The notes under the pieces are model-generated. The model did not search any database. It saw nothing but the letters and a program-made list of their open reading frames with translations, and was not told the DNA's origin. A stretch of 64,000 bases of DNA from Acidimicrobiia bacterium (lineage in GTDB: Bacteria; Actinomycetota; Acidimicrobiia; Spongiisociales; SHLN01): assembly GCA_041619515.1 (NCBI GenBank), contig JBFKDW010000004.1, positions 787-64,786 of the forward strand, written 5' to 3'. Numbering within the stretch: position 1 is the stretch's first letter; each line of letters opens with the position of its first letter. A program made the translations under genes and the position numbers. This document shows, in pieces, positions 45,786 to 55,041 of this stretch.

Positions 45786-46042
45786 CGGGGATATTTCCCG
45801 GTCACGCCTCGGCCTGTTGCTGCGGGTGATGATGGATCCAATGCTCCCGCCTGACCCTCGTATGGGCGGCGCCCGGCGCCGCCGGCGCCGGTCCCAGCAG
45901 GAACCCCGGTGAGGCGTCGAGCGTTTTCTCGGTGACGGGATGCCCCGGGTTGCCCAAACAACTGGCAACGCCGTTGCCGGGCATAACGGGAGCGGACGGT
46001 ACGTTCCCTTAGGAGGGCGGAGAGTTCCGCCGAAGGAGAATC

Positions 46043-47179
46043 ATGCGATCGACATTCACGCTCGGCCGTATCGGCGGAGTCAAGGTTGGGATCAACTGGA
46101 CGGTGCTCGTCATCAGTGGTCTCATAACCCTGTCGCTCGCCGGCGGAATCCTGCCGGCGACGGTGGAGGGCCGTTCAGATGTCGAATACCTCATCGGGGG
46201 CATCGTCGGTGCCGCCGGTCTGCTGGGATCGATCCTCGCCCACGAGCTCGGTCATGCGCTCATGGGCCGCCGCCACGGGCTCAAGGTCGATTCAATAACC
46301 CTCTGGCTGTTCGGTGGCCTCGCCCAATTGGAGGGTGAGCTGCCCAGCGCCCGGGTGGAAGCCAAGGTGGCAGGCATCGGGCCCGCCATCAGCTTGTTCG
46401 CGGGCGTAGTGGGGGTTGGCGCCGCCTTTCTGGTCGGCACCTCCAGCCTCACCGGTACTCTGCTCGGCTGGCTCGGCCTCGTCAACCTCGTGCTGGCGGT
46501 GTTCAACCTGCTGCCCGGGGCGCCGCTCGACGGTGGGAGGCTCTTGCACGCATTCATCTGGGGCCGTACCGGCGACCGCCATCGGGCCACCCGTTCGGCC
46601 TCAAAGGCGGGCCGGTTCATCGGCTTTGGCCTGATGGGGATCGGCGTCTTCGAGTTCTTCATCGGCAGCGTCGTCGGCGGGTTGTGGACGGCGACGATCG
46701 GATGGATTCTCGTGGCCGCAGCCTCCAGTGAAGCCCGCCATAGCGAGGCCCAGGTGGGCCTGAGCGAGCTCACCATCGACCAGCTCATGGAGCCCATGAC
46801 GCCGGTTCCGGACTGGCTGGTCGTCGAAGAGTTCGTGCTCCGCTATGTGCTTCCCAACCGGCAGTCGCTGTTCGTGTTGCTCGGGTTCGACGGCCGGCCA
46901 AGCGGGTATGTGTCGATCCGGGATCTGAGCCAGGTTGGGTCGGACGACCGTCTCACCCAGCCGGTCCGTCGCTACGCCCGGCCTCTGGCCGGCGTGCCGG
47001 TGGTGGCGCCTCACGAGCCCGCTGCCGTCATTGCCGGCGGCCAACAGACGACTATCAGTCCGCTGCTTGCCCTGGTGGTGGACGGTGGCGAGCCGGTCGG
47101 TGTTGTCACCCGCAGCGGGATGGCGTCCGCCATCGAGCGGGCGAGGCTTCTCGGGCCCATCCGGCGCAGCCGCTCCTAG
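46043..47179 (+). CDS. Site-2 (M50) membrane zinc metalloprotease with degenerate CBS domains
   Basis: HELGH, LFGG, GP, FNLLPGAPLDGGR; AAGGAG RBS. Confidence 0.92.
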   Translation: MRSTFTLGRIGGVKVGINWTVLVISGLITLSLAGGILPATVEGRSDVEYLIGGIVGAAGLLGSILAHELGHALMGRRHGLKVDSITLWLFGGLAQLEGELPSARVEAKVAGIGPAISLFAGVVGVGAAFLVGTSSLTGTLLGWLGLVNLVLAVFNLLPGAPLDGGRLLHAFIWGRTGDRHRATRSASKAGRFIGFGLMGIGVFEFFIGSVVGGLWTATIGWILVAAASSEARHSEAQVGLSELTIDQLMEPMTPVPDWLVVEEFVLRYVLPNRQSLFVLLGFDGRPSGYVSIRDLSQVGSDDRLTQPVRRYARPLAGVPVVAPHEPAAVIAGGQQTTISPLLALVVDGGEPVGVVTRSGMASAIERARLLGPIRRSRS

Positions 47180-47203
47180 CGCGCCGGCGCGCGACAATGC
47201 CGT

Positions 47204-47770
47204 ATGGATAGCAAGCCGTGGTCGGGGCTCCGGGCCTGGATCTACTCGTTCATCTTTCGTGCTCCCAAGTCGAATCGACTGGTGGTCTCGCTGGCGGAAC
47301 TGTCTCCGTCGGACCGGGCCCTCGACATCGGGTGCGGGCCGGGGGCTGCGGTGCGCATGGCGGCAGACATCGTCGTCGAAGGCGAAGCGATTGGAGTCGA
47401 CCGGGCCCCGGCCATGATCGACATAGCCCGCAAGCGCTCCACTGCATTCCCCAACACTCGTTTCGAGGTCGGCTCAGCCGAGTCGCTGCCTTTTCCAGAC
47501 GGAGAGTTCACGGTCATCTGGACCGCCCACTCGTTCCACCACTGGGAGGACCGCCGGACCGGTCTTGCCGAGATGGTGCGGGTGCTGGCGGACGGGGGGC
47601 GGGCGCTGATACTCGAGCAGCACGGGAAGAAGCACGGCCTCACCGATGCTGAGGCCGAAGCGGTCACCGCCGAGCTGGAGACCGCCGGATTTAGCGACAT
47701 ATCTGTCGACAGAGTGGACAAGCAGGTGGTGATCTCCGCCGTGAACGGGTCACCTATCCTCGGCCGATGA
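47204..47770 (+). CDS. Class I SAM-dependent methyltransferase
   Basis: LDIGCGPG, AESLPFPDGEF, FHHW. Confidence 0.9.
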   Translation: MDSKPWSGLRAWIYSFIFRAPKSNRLVVSLAELSPSDRALDIGCGPGAAVRMAADIVVEGEAIGVDRAPAMIDIARKRSTAFPNTRFEVGSAESLPFPDGEFTVIWTAHSFHHWEDRRTGLAEMVRVLADGGRALILEQHGKKHGLTDAEAEAVTAELETAGFSDISVDRVDKQVVISAVNGSPILGR

Positions 47771-49152
47771 ACGTCGATGTGGTGCGAGGCATCTTCCCCA
47801 ACCGGACACTCAACCTGCGGTCGATCAAAGCCATCGGCTACGACATGGATTACACGCTCATCCACTACCGGACGGAGGACCTGGAGCGGCGAGCATACGA
47901 GTTGACTCGCGACCGGCTCGTCGCCGGCGGCTGGCCGGTTGGGGATCTGACGTTTGATCCCACCGGTGTCGTGCGGGGGCTGGCGCTCGACCTCGACCTC
48001 GGAAATCTCGTCAAGGCAACCCGCTTCGGCTATGTCATCCGTGCCTCGCACGGCACCCGCATGATGTCATACGAGGAGGTGCGAAACGCGTATGCGGGAA
48101 CGTTTATCGATCTGGCGGACAACAGGTACGAGTTCCTCAACACGCTCTATTCGCTGTCGGCCGGCAACCTGTTTGCTCAGCTCGTCGATTTGCTCGATGC
48201 CGGCCTTCTGCCCGGGGTGCGCGGCTACCACGAGATTGCCGGGGCCGTGACGCGCGCCCTGACCCGGACGCACATGGAGTCCACCCTCAAGGCCGAAATC
48301 CACGCCGACCCGGACCGCTATGTCGCTCCCGACCCCGAGGTGGTTCCCGCCTTGCTGGACCAACACACGGCCGGCAAGCACCTCATGCTGATCACAAACT
48401 CCAACTGGGAGTTCGCCGACCGGATGATGCGCCTGGCGATTGATCCGTACCTTCCGGGGACGATGACCTGGCGGGAGCTGTTTCCCACCATCATCGTGTC
48501 GGCGGGCAAGCCCGGCTTCTTCTCCCAGGACAACCCCTTCTATCGGGTCGTCGACGAGTCGAGAGCGTTGTTGCGGCCCCACAGCGGCAAGCTCGAGGAC
48601 GGTTCGGTCTTCTACGGTGGCAATGCCATGGCCCTCGAAGAGAGCCTCGGCCTGTCCGGTGACGAGATCCTGTACGTCGGGGATCACCTCTTCGGCGACG
48701 TGCACGTCTCCAAGTCGATGTTCCGGTGGCGAACCGCTCTCATCTTGCGGGAGCTCGAAGCCGAACTGCGTGCCGTGGTGGGCTTCCGGGAAACCGAGAA
48801 GGCCCTGGTCGCGCTCATGGCAGAGAAGAGCGAGCTGGAACACATGCGGGCACAGCTCCGCCTGGAGGCACTGCATCGCGACTCCGCCGGTGTAGACGAC
48901 GAATTGGCTGCGCTCCAGTCCATGATCGTGGCCCTCGACGATCGGATAGCTCCGATGGCCAGGGCGTCCGGGGAGCTCGGCAACGCCACCTGGGGCCCGA
49001 TCATGCGGGCCGGGAACGACAAGAGCTTGTTCGCCCGCCAGGTCGAGCGCTACGCCGACGTCTACACCTCGCGCGCCTCGAATTTCCTCTTCGAGACGCC
49101 CTTTGCCTTTCTGCGAGCTCCACGCGGGTCTCTGCCGCACGACCCGCTATAG
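47767..49152 (+). CDS. HAD-IG (cN-II-like) 5'-nucleotidase
   Basis: GYDMDYTL, LITNS, KPGFF, LYVGDHLFGD, WRTALI, RYADVYTSR. Confidence 0.9.
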   Translation: MNVDVVRGIFPNRTLNLRSIKAIGYDMDYTLIHYRTEDLERRAYELTRDRLVAGGWPVGDLTFDPTGVVRGLALDLDLGNLVKATRFGYVIRASHGTRMMSYEEVRNAYAGTFIDLADNRYEFLNTLYSLSAGNLFAQLVDLLDAGLLPGVRGYHEIAGAVTRALTRTHMESTLKAEIHADPDRYVAPDPEVVPALLDQHTAGKHLMLITNSNWEFADRMMRLAIDPYLPGTMTWRELFPTIIVSAGKPGFFSQDNPFYRVVDESRALLRPHSGKLEDGSVFYGGNAMALEESLGLSGDEILYVGDHLFGDVHVSKSMFRWRTALILRELEAELRAVVGFRETEKALVALMAEKSELEHMRAQLRLEALHRDSAGVDDELAALQSMIVALDDRIAPMARASGELGNATWGPIMRAGNDKSLFARQVERYADVYTSRASNFLFETPFAFLRAPRGSLPHDPL

Positions 49153-50844
49153 CTCGTCGGGTACCGGGAACCAGCGGAGGGCTTCGAAGCCGGGGCCCAG
49201 CTCGATGTGGGCGGCGGGCGGATGCTCGGCTTCGGCTCGCGTGAAGATCTGTTCGGCCTCGGCCAGATATCCGGCGAGTGCCTCTTCGCCGGCAACCTGC
49301 CGGGGGCGGGGGTACGTCAACGATCCATCCCGGTAGTCGATGTCGTGCAGGCTGAGCGGAGGCTCTGCCAGGCCGTCGCGATGGCGCCACAACGCCGAGG
49401 CGGGGTCGAAGGTGTAATACGGCAGCAGGGTCCAGCCCCGGTCGGCGATCATCTCGACCGCTCGGACGATGAACTCGAACATGTCTTCGGAGATGAAGTA
49501 GTTGAAGTTGACCCGCACCCAGCCCGGCTTGATGCCTTCGCAGCCGTGAAGGATCTCTTCTTCGTATTGATGGGAAGTCTCGAGGTCGATGCCCAGCAGG
49601 TTGTGGCCGTACGGCCCGGCGCACGAACAGCCCCCCCGGGCCTGGATTCCGAACACATCGTTCAGCAACGCCACCACATAGTTGTGGTGTAGATGGCGCG
49701 TGCCGAAGCGAACGACGAACGACACGATGCTGAGCCGCTCCGCATCCGGGTTGCCGAGCACCTCGATGTCGGGGTGGGCCCGCCAGCGGTCGATGGCCCG
49801 GCGAATGAAGCTCTCCTCGCAGGCGCGGATGGCGCCGGGGCCGACCCGTTGCTTCAGCTGGAATACGAGGCCGGCCCGGATCGACTCGATGATGGCAGGC
49901 GTTCCCCCCTCCTCCCGGTGCTCGGGATCCTCGAGGTACTTGTGCTCAACGGGGTTCACGAAGGCGACGGTGCCGCCCCCCACCACGGCCGGGACGGAGT
50001 TGTCGAGGAGTGCCCGGCGAATAACAAGCACGCCGGGAGTTCCCGGTCCGCCGATCAGCTTGTGGGGGGACAGGAAGAGGGCGTCCTTGAACGACACGTC
50101 ATCGTGCCCGCCCAGCATGTCGATTTCGACATACGGGGCGGCGGCGGCGAAGTCCCAGAACGAGAGCGCTCCGTGGGCGTGCAAGAGCCGGGCGATGTTG
50201 TGGGTATCCGACAGGATGCCCGTGACGTTCGAGGCGGCCGAGAAGGCCCCGATCTTGAGGGGGCGGTCGGCGTGGGCGGCAAGCTCGGAGGCCAGAACCT
50301 CCTGGTCGATGTGGCCGTCGTGGTCCTCGGGGATCCGTATGACGTCGGCGATCGACTCCCGCCACGGCAGCTCGTTTGAGTGATGCTCATAGGGCCCGAT
50401 GAACACCACCGGACGCTCGGCGGCCGGGATATGCTCGCTGAGGCCGTACCGAGCGTCCAGGTCGGCGGGGATGCGCAAGTTGAGGATTGCCACCAGCCGA
50501 TCAACCGCACCGGTGGTCCCGGATCCGCAGAATATGAGCGCGTGGTCGTCGGTGGCGCCGACACAGCGCTTGATGATGCTGCGGGCCTCTTCCCGAAACG
50601 CAGTCGTCTGCAGCCCGGTGCCCGACGACTCGGTGTGAGTGTTGGCGTACAGGGGGAGCACGGCCTGGCGGATGAAATCCTCGACGAAGCTGAGTGAGCG
50701 GCCCGAGGCTGTGTAGTCGGCGTAGGTGAGCCGGCGCCCGCCGAAGGGCCCGACCACGACTTCATCCTTGCCGATCACGGAGTCACGAACGGTGGCAATG
50801 AGTTGCTCGGCTTCGGCGGAAAGCGCGGTCGGATCCAGCAGCAT
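49147..50844 (-). CDS. Class V PLP aminotransferase / cysteine desulfurase-like protein
   Basis: YADYTASGR, EHHSN, ASNVTG, SPHK, RGGCSCAGPY; AGGAGG RBS. Confidence 0.9.
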   Translation of the reverse strand: MLLDPTALSAEAEQLIATVRDSVIGKDEVVVGPFGGRRLTYADYTASGRSLSFVEDFIRQAVLPLYANTHTESSGTGLQTTAFREEARSIIKRCVGATDDHALIFCGSGTTGAVDRLVAILNLRIPADLDARYGLSEHIPAAERPVVFIGPYEHHSNELPWRESIADVIRIPEDHDGHIDQEVLASELAAHADRPLKIGAFSAASNVTGILSDTHNIARLLHAHGALSFWDFAAAAPYVEIDMLGGHDDVSFKDALFLSPHKLIGGPGTPGVLVIRRALLDNSVPAVVGGGTVAFVNPVEHKYLEDPEHREEGGTPAIIESIRAGLVFQLKQRVGPGAIRACEESFIRRAIDRWRAHPDIEVLGNPDAERLSIVSFVVRFGTRHLHHNYVVALLNDVFGIQARGGCSCAGPYGHNLLGIDLETSHQYEEEILHGCEGIKPGWVRVNFNYFISEDMFEFIVRAVEMIADRGWTLLPYYTFDPASALWRHRDGLAEPPLSLHDIDYRDGSLTYPRPRQVAGEEALAGYLAEAEQIFTRAEAEHPPAAHIELGPGFEALRWFPVPDEL

Positions 50845-50904
50845 GCGTGCCTCCTGGCAATCAGAATACCCAACCCTTGGATTGGCGCTGTGTCAGAATC
50901 GCCC

Positions 50905-51495
50905 ATGGCCACCAACATCGGCGTCTTCGTGTTCGACGGCGCTGAGGAGCTCGACTGGGCCGGGCCGTGGGAGGTGCTCGCCGCCTGGGCTCAGCTGTAT
51001 CCGGCCGACGGCGTCGAGGTGTTCACACTCGCCCCCGCCGCCGCCACCATCACCTCGGCCAAGGGCCTGCAGGTGGTGCCCGACTACGCCTGGGAGACGG
51101 CCCCTCCCATCGATGTGCTCATCTACCCCGGCGGTGTGGGGAACAGGGCACATCTCGGCAACCAGGAGGTAGCAGATTGGCTGCTGGGCGTTGCCGCCAA
51201 CGCCGCAATCGTCACCAGTGTCTGCACCGGAGCCATGGTCCTGGCCGATGTCGGGCTGCTGGACGGGCGTCCGGCCACCACGCACTGGCAGTATCTCGAT
51301 GCGATGCGCGATCTCGGCAACAACATCGAGGTGAGGCCCGCCGACCGGTTCGTCGACGACGGTGACATCATCACCGCCGCCGGCGTCTCTGCCGGCATCG
51401 ACATGGCGCTCCACCTCATCGTCCGGCTCCATTCTGCAGAACGCGCCCGGGCGATACGGCGCTACATCCAGTACGACCCGCAACCCCCGGTGTAG
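50905..51495 (+). CDS. DJ-1/PfpI family protein
   Basis: EELDWAGPWEV, SVCTGA, ATTHW, AGVSAGIDMAL. Confidence 0.9.
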   Translation: MATNIGVFVFDGAEELDWAGPWEVLAAWAQLYPADGVEVFTLAPAAATITSAKGLQVVPDYAWETAPPIDVLIYPGGVGNRAHLGNQEVADWLLGVAANAAIVTSVCTGAMVLADVGLLDGRPATTHWQYLDAMRDLGNNIEVRPADRFVDDGDIITAAGVSAGIDMALHLIVRLHSAERARAIRRYIQYDPQPPV

Positions 51496-51516
51496 CGGCG
51501 CAGTCTCACACGGCGG

Positions 51517-52452
51517 CTAGGGGAGCCTGCCGATGCGGCTGGTAAGCAAGGCGAAGAAGCCGTCCACGTCGAGGTGGTGAAAGACGAGGCAATTTGCCTC
51601 CCGATCGGTGAGCTTCCACCAATCGACCACGGTCATTCCCATCGTGAGCTCGGAGGCGGTCTCGATCTGGACCGCGCAGTGGCGGCCGCCGAACAGATCC
51701 GGCTCGAGCAGATACGCAATGACCGTGGGGTCGTGGAGCGGGGCGCCTTCGGTTCCATAGCGTTCCATGTCGTAGCGCTCGAAGAACTCGAGCATGCCGG
51801 CGGTCGCCCGGCCGCAGTCGGTCCCGAGTTCTTCGAAAGCTGCGATGCGAGCGTCCGAGGTGAGCGCTTGATGGGTGACGTCCAGCGGCATCATGGCCAG
51901 CGGGACTCCGCTCCGGAAAACGATGTCGGCCGCATCCGGATCGACGTACATGTTGAACTCTGCGGCCGGCGTGGTGTTTCCCCCTTCGAAGAACCCGCCT
52001 CCCATGAGCACGACCTGACGAAGGTTGTCGACGATGTCGGGGGCCCGGTGCAGCGCGGTCCCGAGGTTGGTGAGGGGGCCGAGCGTGCACATGGTCAGCC
52101 CGGGAACGGCCCGGGCGGTTTCGATGATGAAATCGACCGCGTGCCCGGTGGCGGGGGGAGTGGTCGGCTCAGGAAGCTCCGCCCCGTCGATGCCGGACTT
52201 GCCGTGCACGTACTCGGCGGTGACGAGAGGCCGAACCATTGGCCGATCGCAACCTGCGTACACGGGAACCTCGGGCCGGCCCGCCAGCTCGACCATCATC
52301 AGAGCGTTGCGGGTGGTGAGCTCGAGGGGAACGTTGCCGGCAACCGTCGTGATGCCGAGGATCTCCAGCTCCTCCGGCACCGAAAGCGCAAGCAAGAGAG
52401 CGACGGCGTCGTCCTGTCCCGGGTCTGTGTCGATGAGGATCGGCCGCGGCAT
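51517..52452 (-). CDS. Inosine-uridine preferring nucleoside hydrolase
   Basis: IDTDPGQDDA, AEFNMYVDP, PLDVTH, LHDP. Confidence 0.93.
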   Translation of the reverse strand: MPRPILIDTDPGQDDAVALLLALSVPEELEILGITTVAGNVPLELTTRNALMMVELAGRPEVPVYAGCDRPMVRPLVTAEYVHGKSGIDGAELPEPTTPPATGHAVDFIIETARAVPGLTMCTLGPLTNLGTALHRAPDIVDNLRQVVLMGGGFFEGGNTTPAAEFNMYVDPDAADIVFRSGVPLAMMPLDVTHQALTSDARIAAFEELGTDCGRATAGMLEFFERYDMERYGTEGAPLHDPTVIAYLLEPDLFGGRHCAVQIETASELTMGMTVVDWWKLTDREANCLVFHHLDVDGFFALLTSRIGRLP

Positions 52453-52485
52453 GCGGCCATAGTAGATGCCGGTGCGTCGGTGGCT

Positions 52486-53379
52486 CTAGGTCAGTTGCTC
52501 GACTTCGGACCGGGTCGGCAGCGCAGCCTGAGCGCCCGGCCGGGTGGCCGTCACCGCACCAACGCGCACCCCCCAGCGGGCTGCCTCCAGCGGGCTGGCG
52601 CCACCGGCCATGGCATCGGCGAGGCCGGCACAGAAGGCATCGCCGGCTGCGGTCGCGTCGATGGCCTCGACGACCGGGGCCGGAACCTGTGTGACCTCCC
52701 CCTGTGCACGTACCAGGGCGCCGTCCGCCCCCAGAGTGACGATACCGGCGGCAACCGGCAGCACGTCGATCTGGGCGACTATCTCTTCGGTTGTCGTCGC
52801 AGGCTCGCCTCCGCTGAGCGTTGCCAGCTCGGTGCGGTTTGGTACCAGGATGTCGACGGCTTCGAGCAGCCCGGCCGGCAGCTCGGCAGCGGGGGCGGGA
52901 TTGAGGATCACGATCCCGCCGCAGAGGGCGGCGGCATGGTGCACGACCTCGAGTGGTATCTCGAGCTGGACGAGTAGGACGCGTGCCTCAGCGATCAGCT
53001 CGGCTGCTCGCTCTACGTCGAGGACGGTCAGGGTGGCATTGGCGCCCGGGCTGACGACGATGGTGTTCTCGCCGAAACCGTCGACCGTGATGAACGCCAT
53101 ACCCGTCGGGGCCGTGTCGTCGACGGACACAAGACCGACGTCGACGCCCTCGCTCTCCAGCCGGGTGGTGATGCGCTTCCCGGCCTCGTCGCTGCCGACC
53201 CGCCCGACCATGGCCACGCGGCGGCCGAGCCGGGCGGCCCCGACCGCTTGATTCGCTCCCTTGCCGCCGGTGTCGGTCCGGTGGGCGGTGCCGAGCACGG
53301 TCTCACCGGGACGGGGGAGCCGTCCCACCCTGGCGGTTGTGTCCAAGTTGAGCGATCCCACTACGACAATCTCAGCCAT
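52486..53379 (-). CDS. rbsK: Ribokinase
   Basis: VVGSLNLD, GGKGANQA, NPAPA, PNRTE, DATAAGDAF. Confidence 0.93.
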   Translation of the reverse strand: MAEIVVVGSLNLDTTARVGRLPRPGETVLGTAHRTDTGGKGANQAVGAARLGRRVAMVGRVGSDEAGKRITTRLESEGVDVGLVSVDDTAPTGMAFITVDGFGENTIVVSPGANATLTVLDVERAAELIAEARVLLVQLEIPLEVVHHAAALCGGIVILNPAPAAELPAGLLEAVDILVPNRTELATLSGGEPATTTEEIVAQIDVLPVAAGIVTLGADGALVRAQGEVTQVPAPVVEAIDATAAGDAFCAGLADAMAGGASPLEAARWGVRVGAVTATRPGAQAALPTRSEVEQLT

Positions 53380-53453
53380 CGGTCCACCTTTAGGTCGGGG
53401 AAGGTTCCCCGTACGATTGGGGTTGGAAGTTACGGTCTGTGCACGAGGAGCTC

Positions 53454-53849
53454 ATGGTCGACATTCTTACCCTTCTGGAAGCGCCCGACACCACGATCGC
53501 TCTCGTGGGCGCTACGGACAACCCCTCCAAATACGGGCACACCATCTACCACGATCTCAAGCGCAAAGGCTACCGGGTGACTCCGGTCAATCCGAGGCGC
53601 GACACCGTCGGCGGCGACAAGGCCTACCGCACCGTCGCCGAAGTTCCCGAGCGCCCCACCATCGTCAACTTCGTGATCCCGCCGAAGTCGACCCTCGATG
53701 TGCTCGAGCAGTGCCTGGAGCTCGGCCTGATGAACGTGTGGCTGCAGCCCGGAGCCGAGAGCCCCGCAGTCCTCGAGTTCATTCAGGAGCACGGGTTCAA
53801 CTATCTGGCAAACGCCTGCATCATGGTCGAAACCCGGTTGAAGGTGTGA
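53454..53849 (+). CDS. CoA-binding domain protein (YccU-like)
   Basis: IALVGATDNPSKYG, PVNP, VWLQPGAE, C-terminal CIMV; GAGGAG RBS. Confidence 0.9.
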   Translation: MVDILTLLEAPDTTIALVGATDNPSKYGHTIYHDLKRKGYRVTPVNPRRDTVGGDKAYRTVAEVPERPTIVNFVIPPKSTLDVLEQCLELGLMNVWLQPGAESPAVLEFIQEHGFNYLANACIMVETRLKV

Positions 53850-54163
53850 TCGGGACGCGGTGCCCCGTCTGTGGTGAGGATGAGCGGCTGTCCGGTGCGG
53901 CCGATGGCGACGTCATCCGCCTGCGGTGCATGGCCTGCGGCCATGCCTGGGATCGCGACCCGCACCCGAGCTGCAGGTCATGTGGCGGTCGAGACATGCA
54001 GGCGGTCCCGAAGGCGATCGTGGAGAAGAGCCGGGGCACCCAACTGTCGGTGGTCGGCACCCGCACGGTCCACCTGTGTAGTCACTGTGACAGAGCCACT
54101 CTCGAGCTCTACCACCGCAACCGGCCGAATCCCCTGATGCCGGACCAGTTGCCGAACTCATAG
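53846..54163 (+). CDS. Small Cys-rich protein with four CxxC motifs (double zinc ribbon)
   Basis: CPVC, CMAC, CRSC, CSHC; GTGA overlap with the CoA-binding gene. Confidence 0.75.
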   Translation: MIGTRCPVCGEDERLSGAADGDVIRLRCMACGHAWDRDPHPSCRSCGGRDMQAVPKAIVEKSRGTQLSVVGTRTVHLCSHCDRATLELYHRNRPNPLMPDQLPNS

Positions 54164-54191
54164 CCGCCCGGCAAGGGCGTAGTCTGCGCGC

Positions 54192-54992
54192 ATGTCCGAA
54201 ACCACACCCCGGCAGGTCTCGAAGGTCACGGCTGATGCCAGCACGCCCGGGTCTGATCACCTCGTGACCGAAGCGCCCCTCGAGATGCGGCTGGGGGACA
54301 CGGCGCTGGCAGTGCTGATGCGGACCCCGGGGGACGAGGAGGACCTGGTTCTGGGGTTTGCGATCACAGAGGGCATCGTGCTCGCTCCCGGGGAAGTGGC
54401 GGACGTGCGAGCAGTCCCCGGAGACCCCGAGCTCAACCGATGGAAGCTGATCCTGGCTGAGGGGGTGCGGGTGGATCCCGAGCAATTCAGGCGCAACCTC
54501 TACTCGTCTTCGTCATGCGGCGTGTGTGGCAAAGCCTCGATCGACGCGCTCAAGGTCGCCTCACCCGAGCCTCCGTCCGGTCCCCAGCTGGAGCCGAGCC
54601 TGGTGCTGGCTTTGCCCGGGCGGATGCGCCGGGCTCAGGAGACGTTCGACCTCACCGGCGGTCAGCACGCCGCCGCCATCTTCGACGGCGAAGGGAGCCT
54701 CCTGGCGGTGCGGGAAGACATCGGGCGCCACAACGCCGTCGACAAGGTCATCGGGGCGCTCGTCCGCACCCGCTGGCCGCTCGGCGAGGTGGTGCTGATC
54801 GTCTCCGGCCGGGTCTCGTTCGAAATAGCTCAAAAGGCCGCCGTCGCCGGTATCCCGGTGGTCGGGGGCGTGTCCGCCGCCTCGTCGCTGGCGGTGGAGC
54901 TGGCCGAAGAGCTGGGCTTGACACTGATCGGGTTCCTCCGGGATGACTCGTTCAACCTCTACGCGGGCGGCCGCAGGGTGAACGGCGCCTAG
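54192..54992 (+). CDS. fdhD: Formate dehydrogenase accessory sulfurtransferase
   Basis: MRTPG, SSCGVCGK, TGGQHAA, REDIGRHNAVDK, SGRVSFE. Confidence 0.95.
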   Translation: MSETTPRQVSKVTADASTPGSDHLVTEAPLEMRLGDTALAVLMRTPGDEEDLVLGFAITEGIVLAPGEVADVRAVPGDPELNRWKLILAEGVRVDPEQFRRNLYSSSSCGVCGKASIDALKVASPEPPSGPQLEPSLVLALPGRMRRAQETFDLTGGQHAAAIFDGEGSLLAVREDIGRHNAVDKVIGALVRTRWPLGEVVLIVSGRVSFEIAQKAAVAGIPVVGGVSAASSLAVELAEELGLTLIGFLRDDSFNLYAGGRRVNGA

Positions 54993-55041
54993 TCGACGTC
55001 CATCGGGTTAGCGTTAGCCGGTCAGCCAGAAAGGATTGCTC

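Noticed and set aside
45786-46042. sRNA or 60-aa ORF (45802-45984, minus) in the 257-bp gap after the sigma gene
   Set aside because: Only short GC palindromes (for example GGCAACGCCGTTGCC); no RBS, motif or terminator support.
39492-50844. Rhodanese and cysteine desulfurase-like genes as part of the SQR system
   Set aside because: They are separated from the operon by unrelated genes and have their own start signals; both families are common, so proximity alone is weak evidence.
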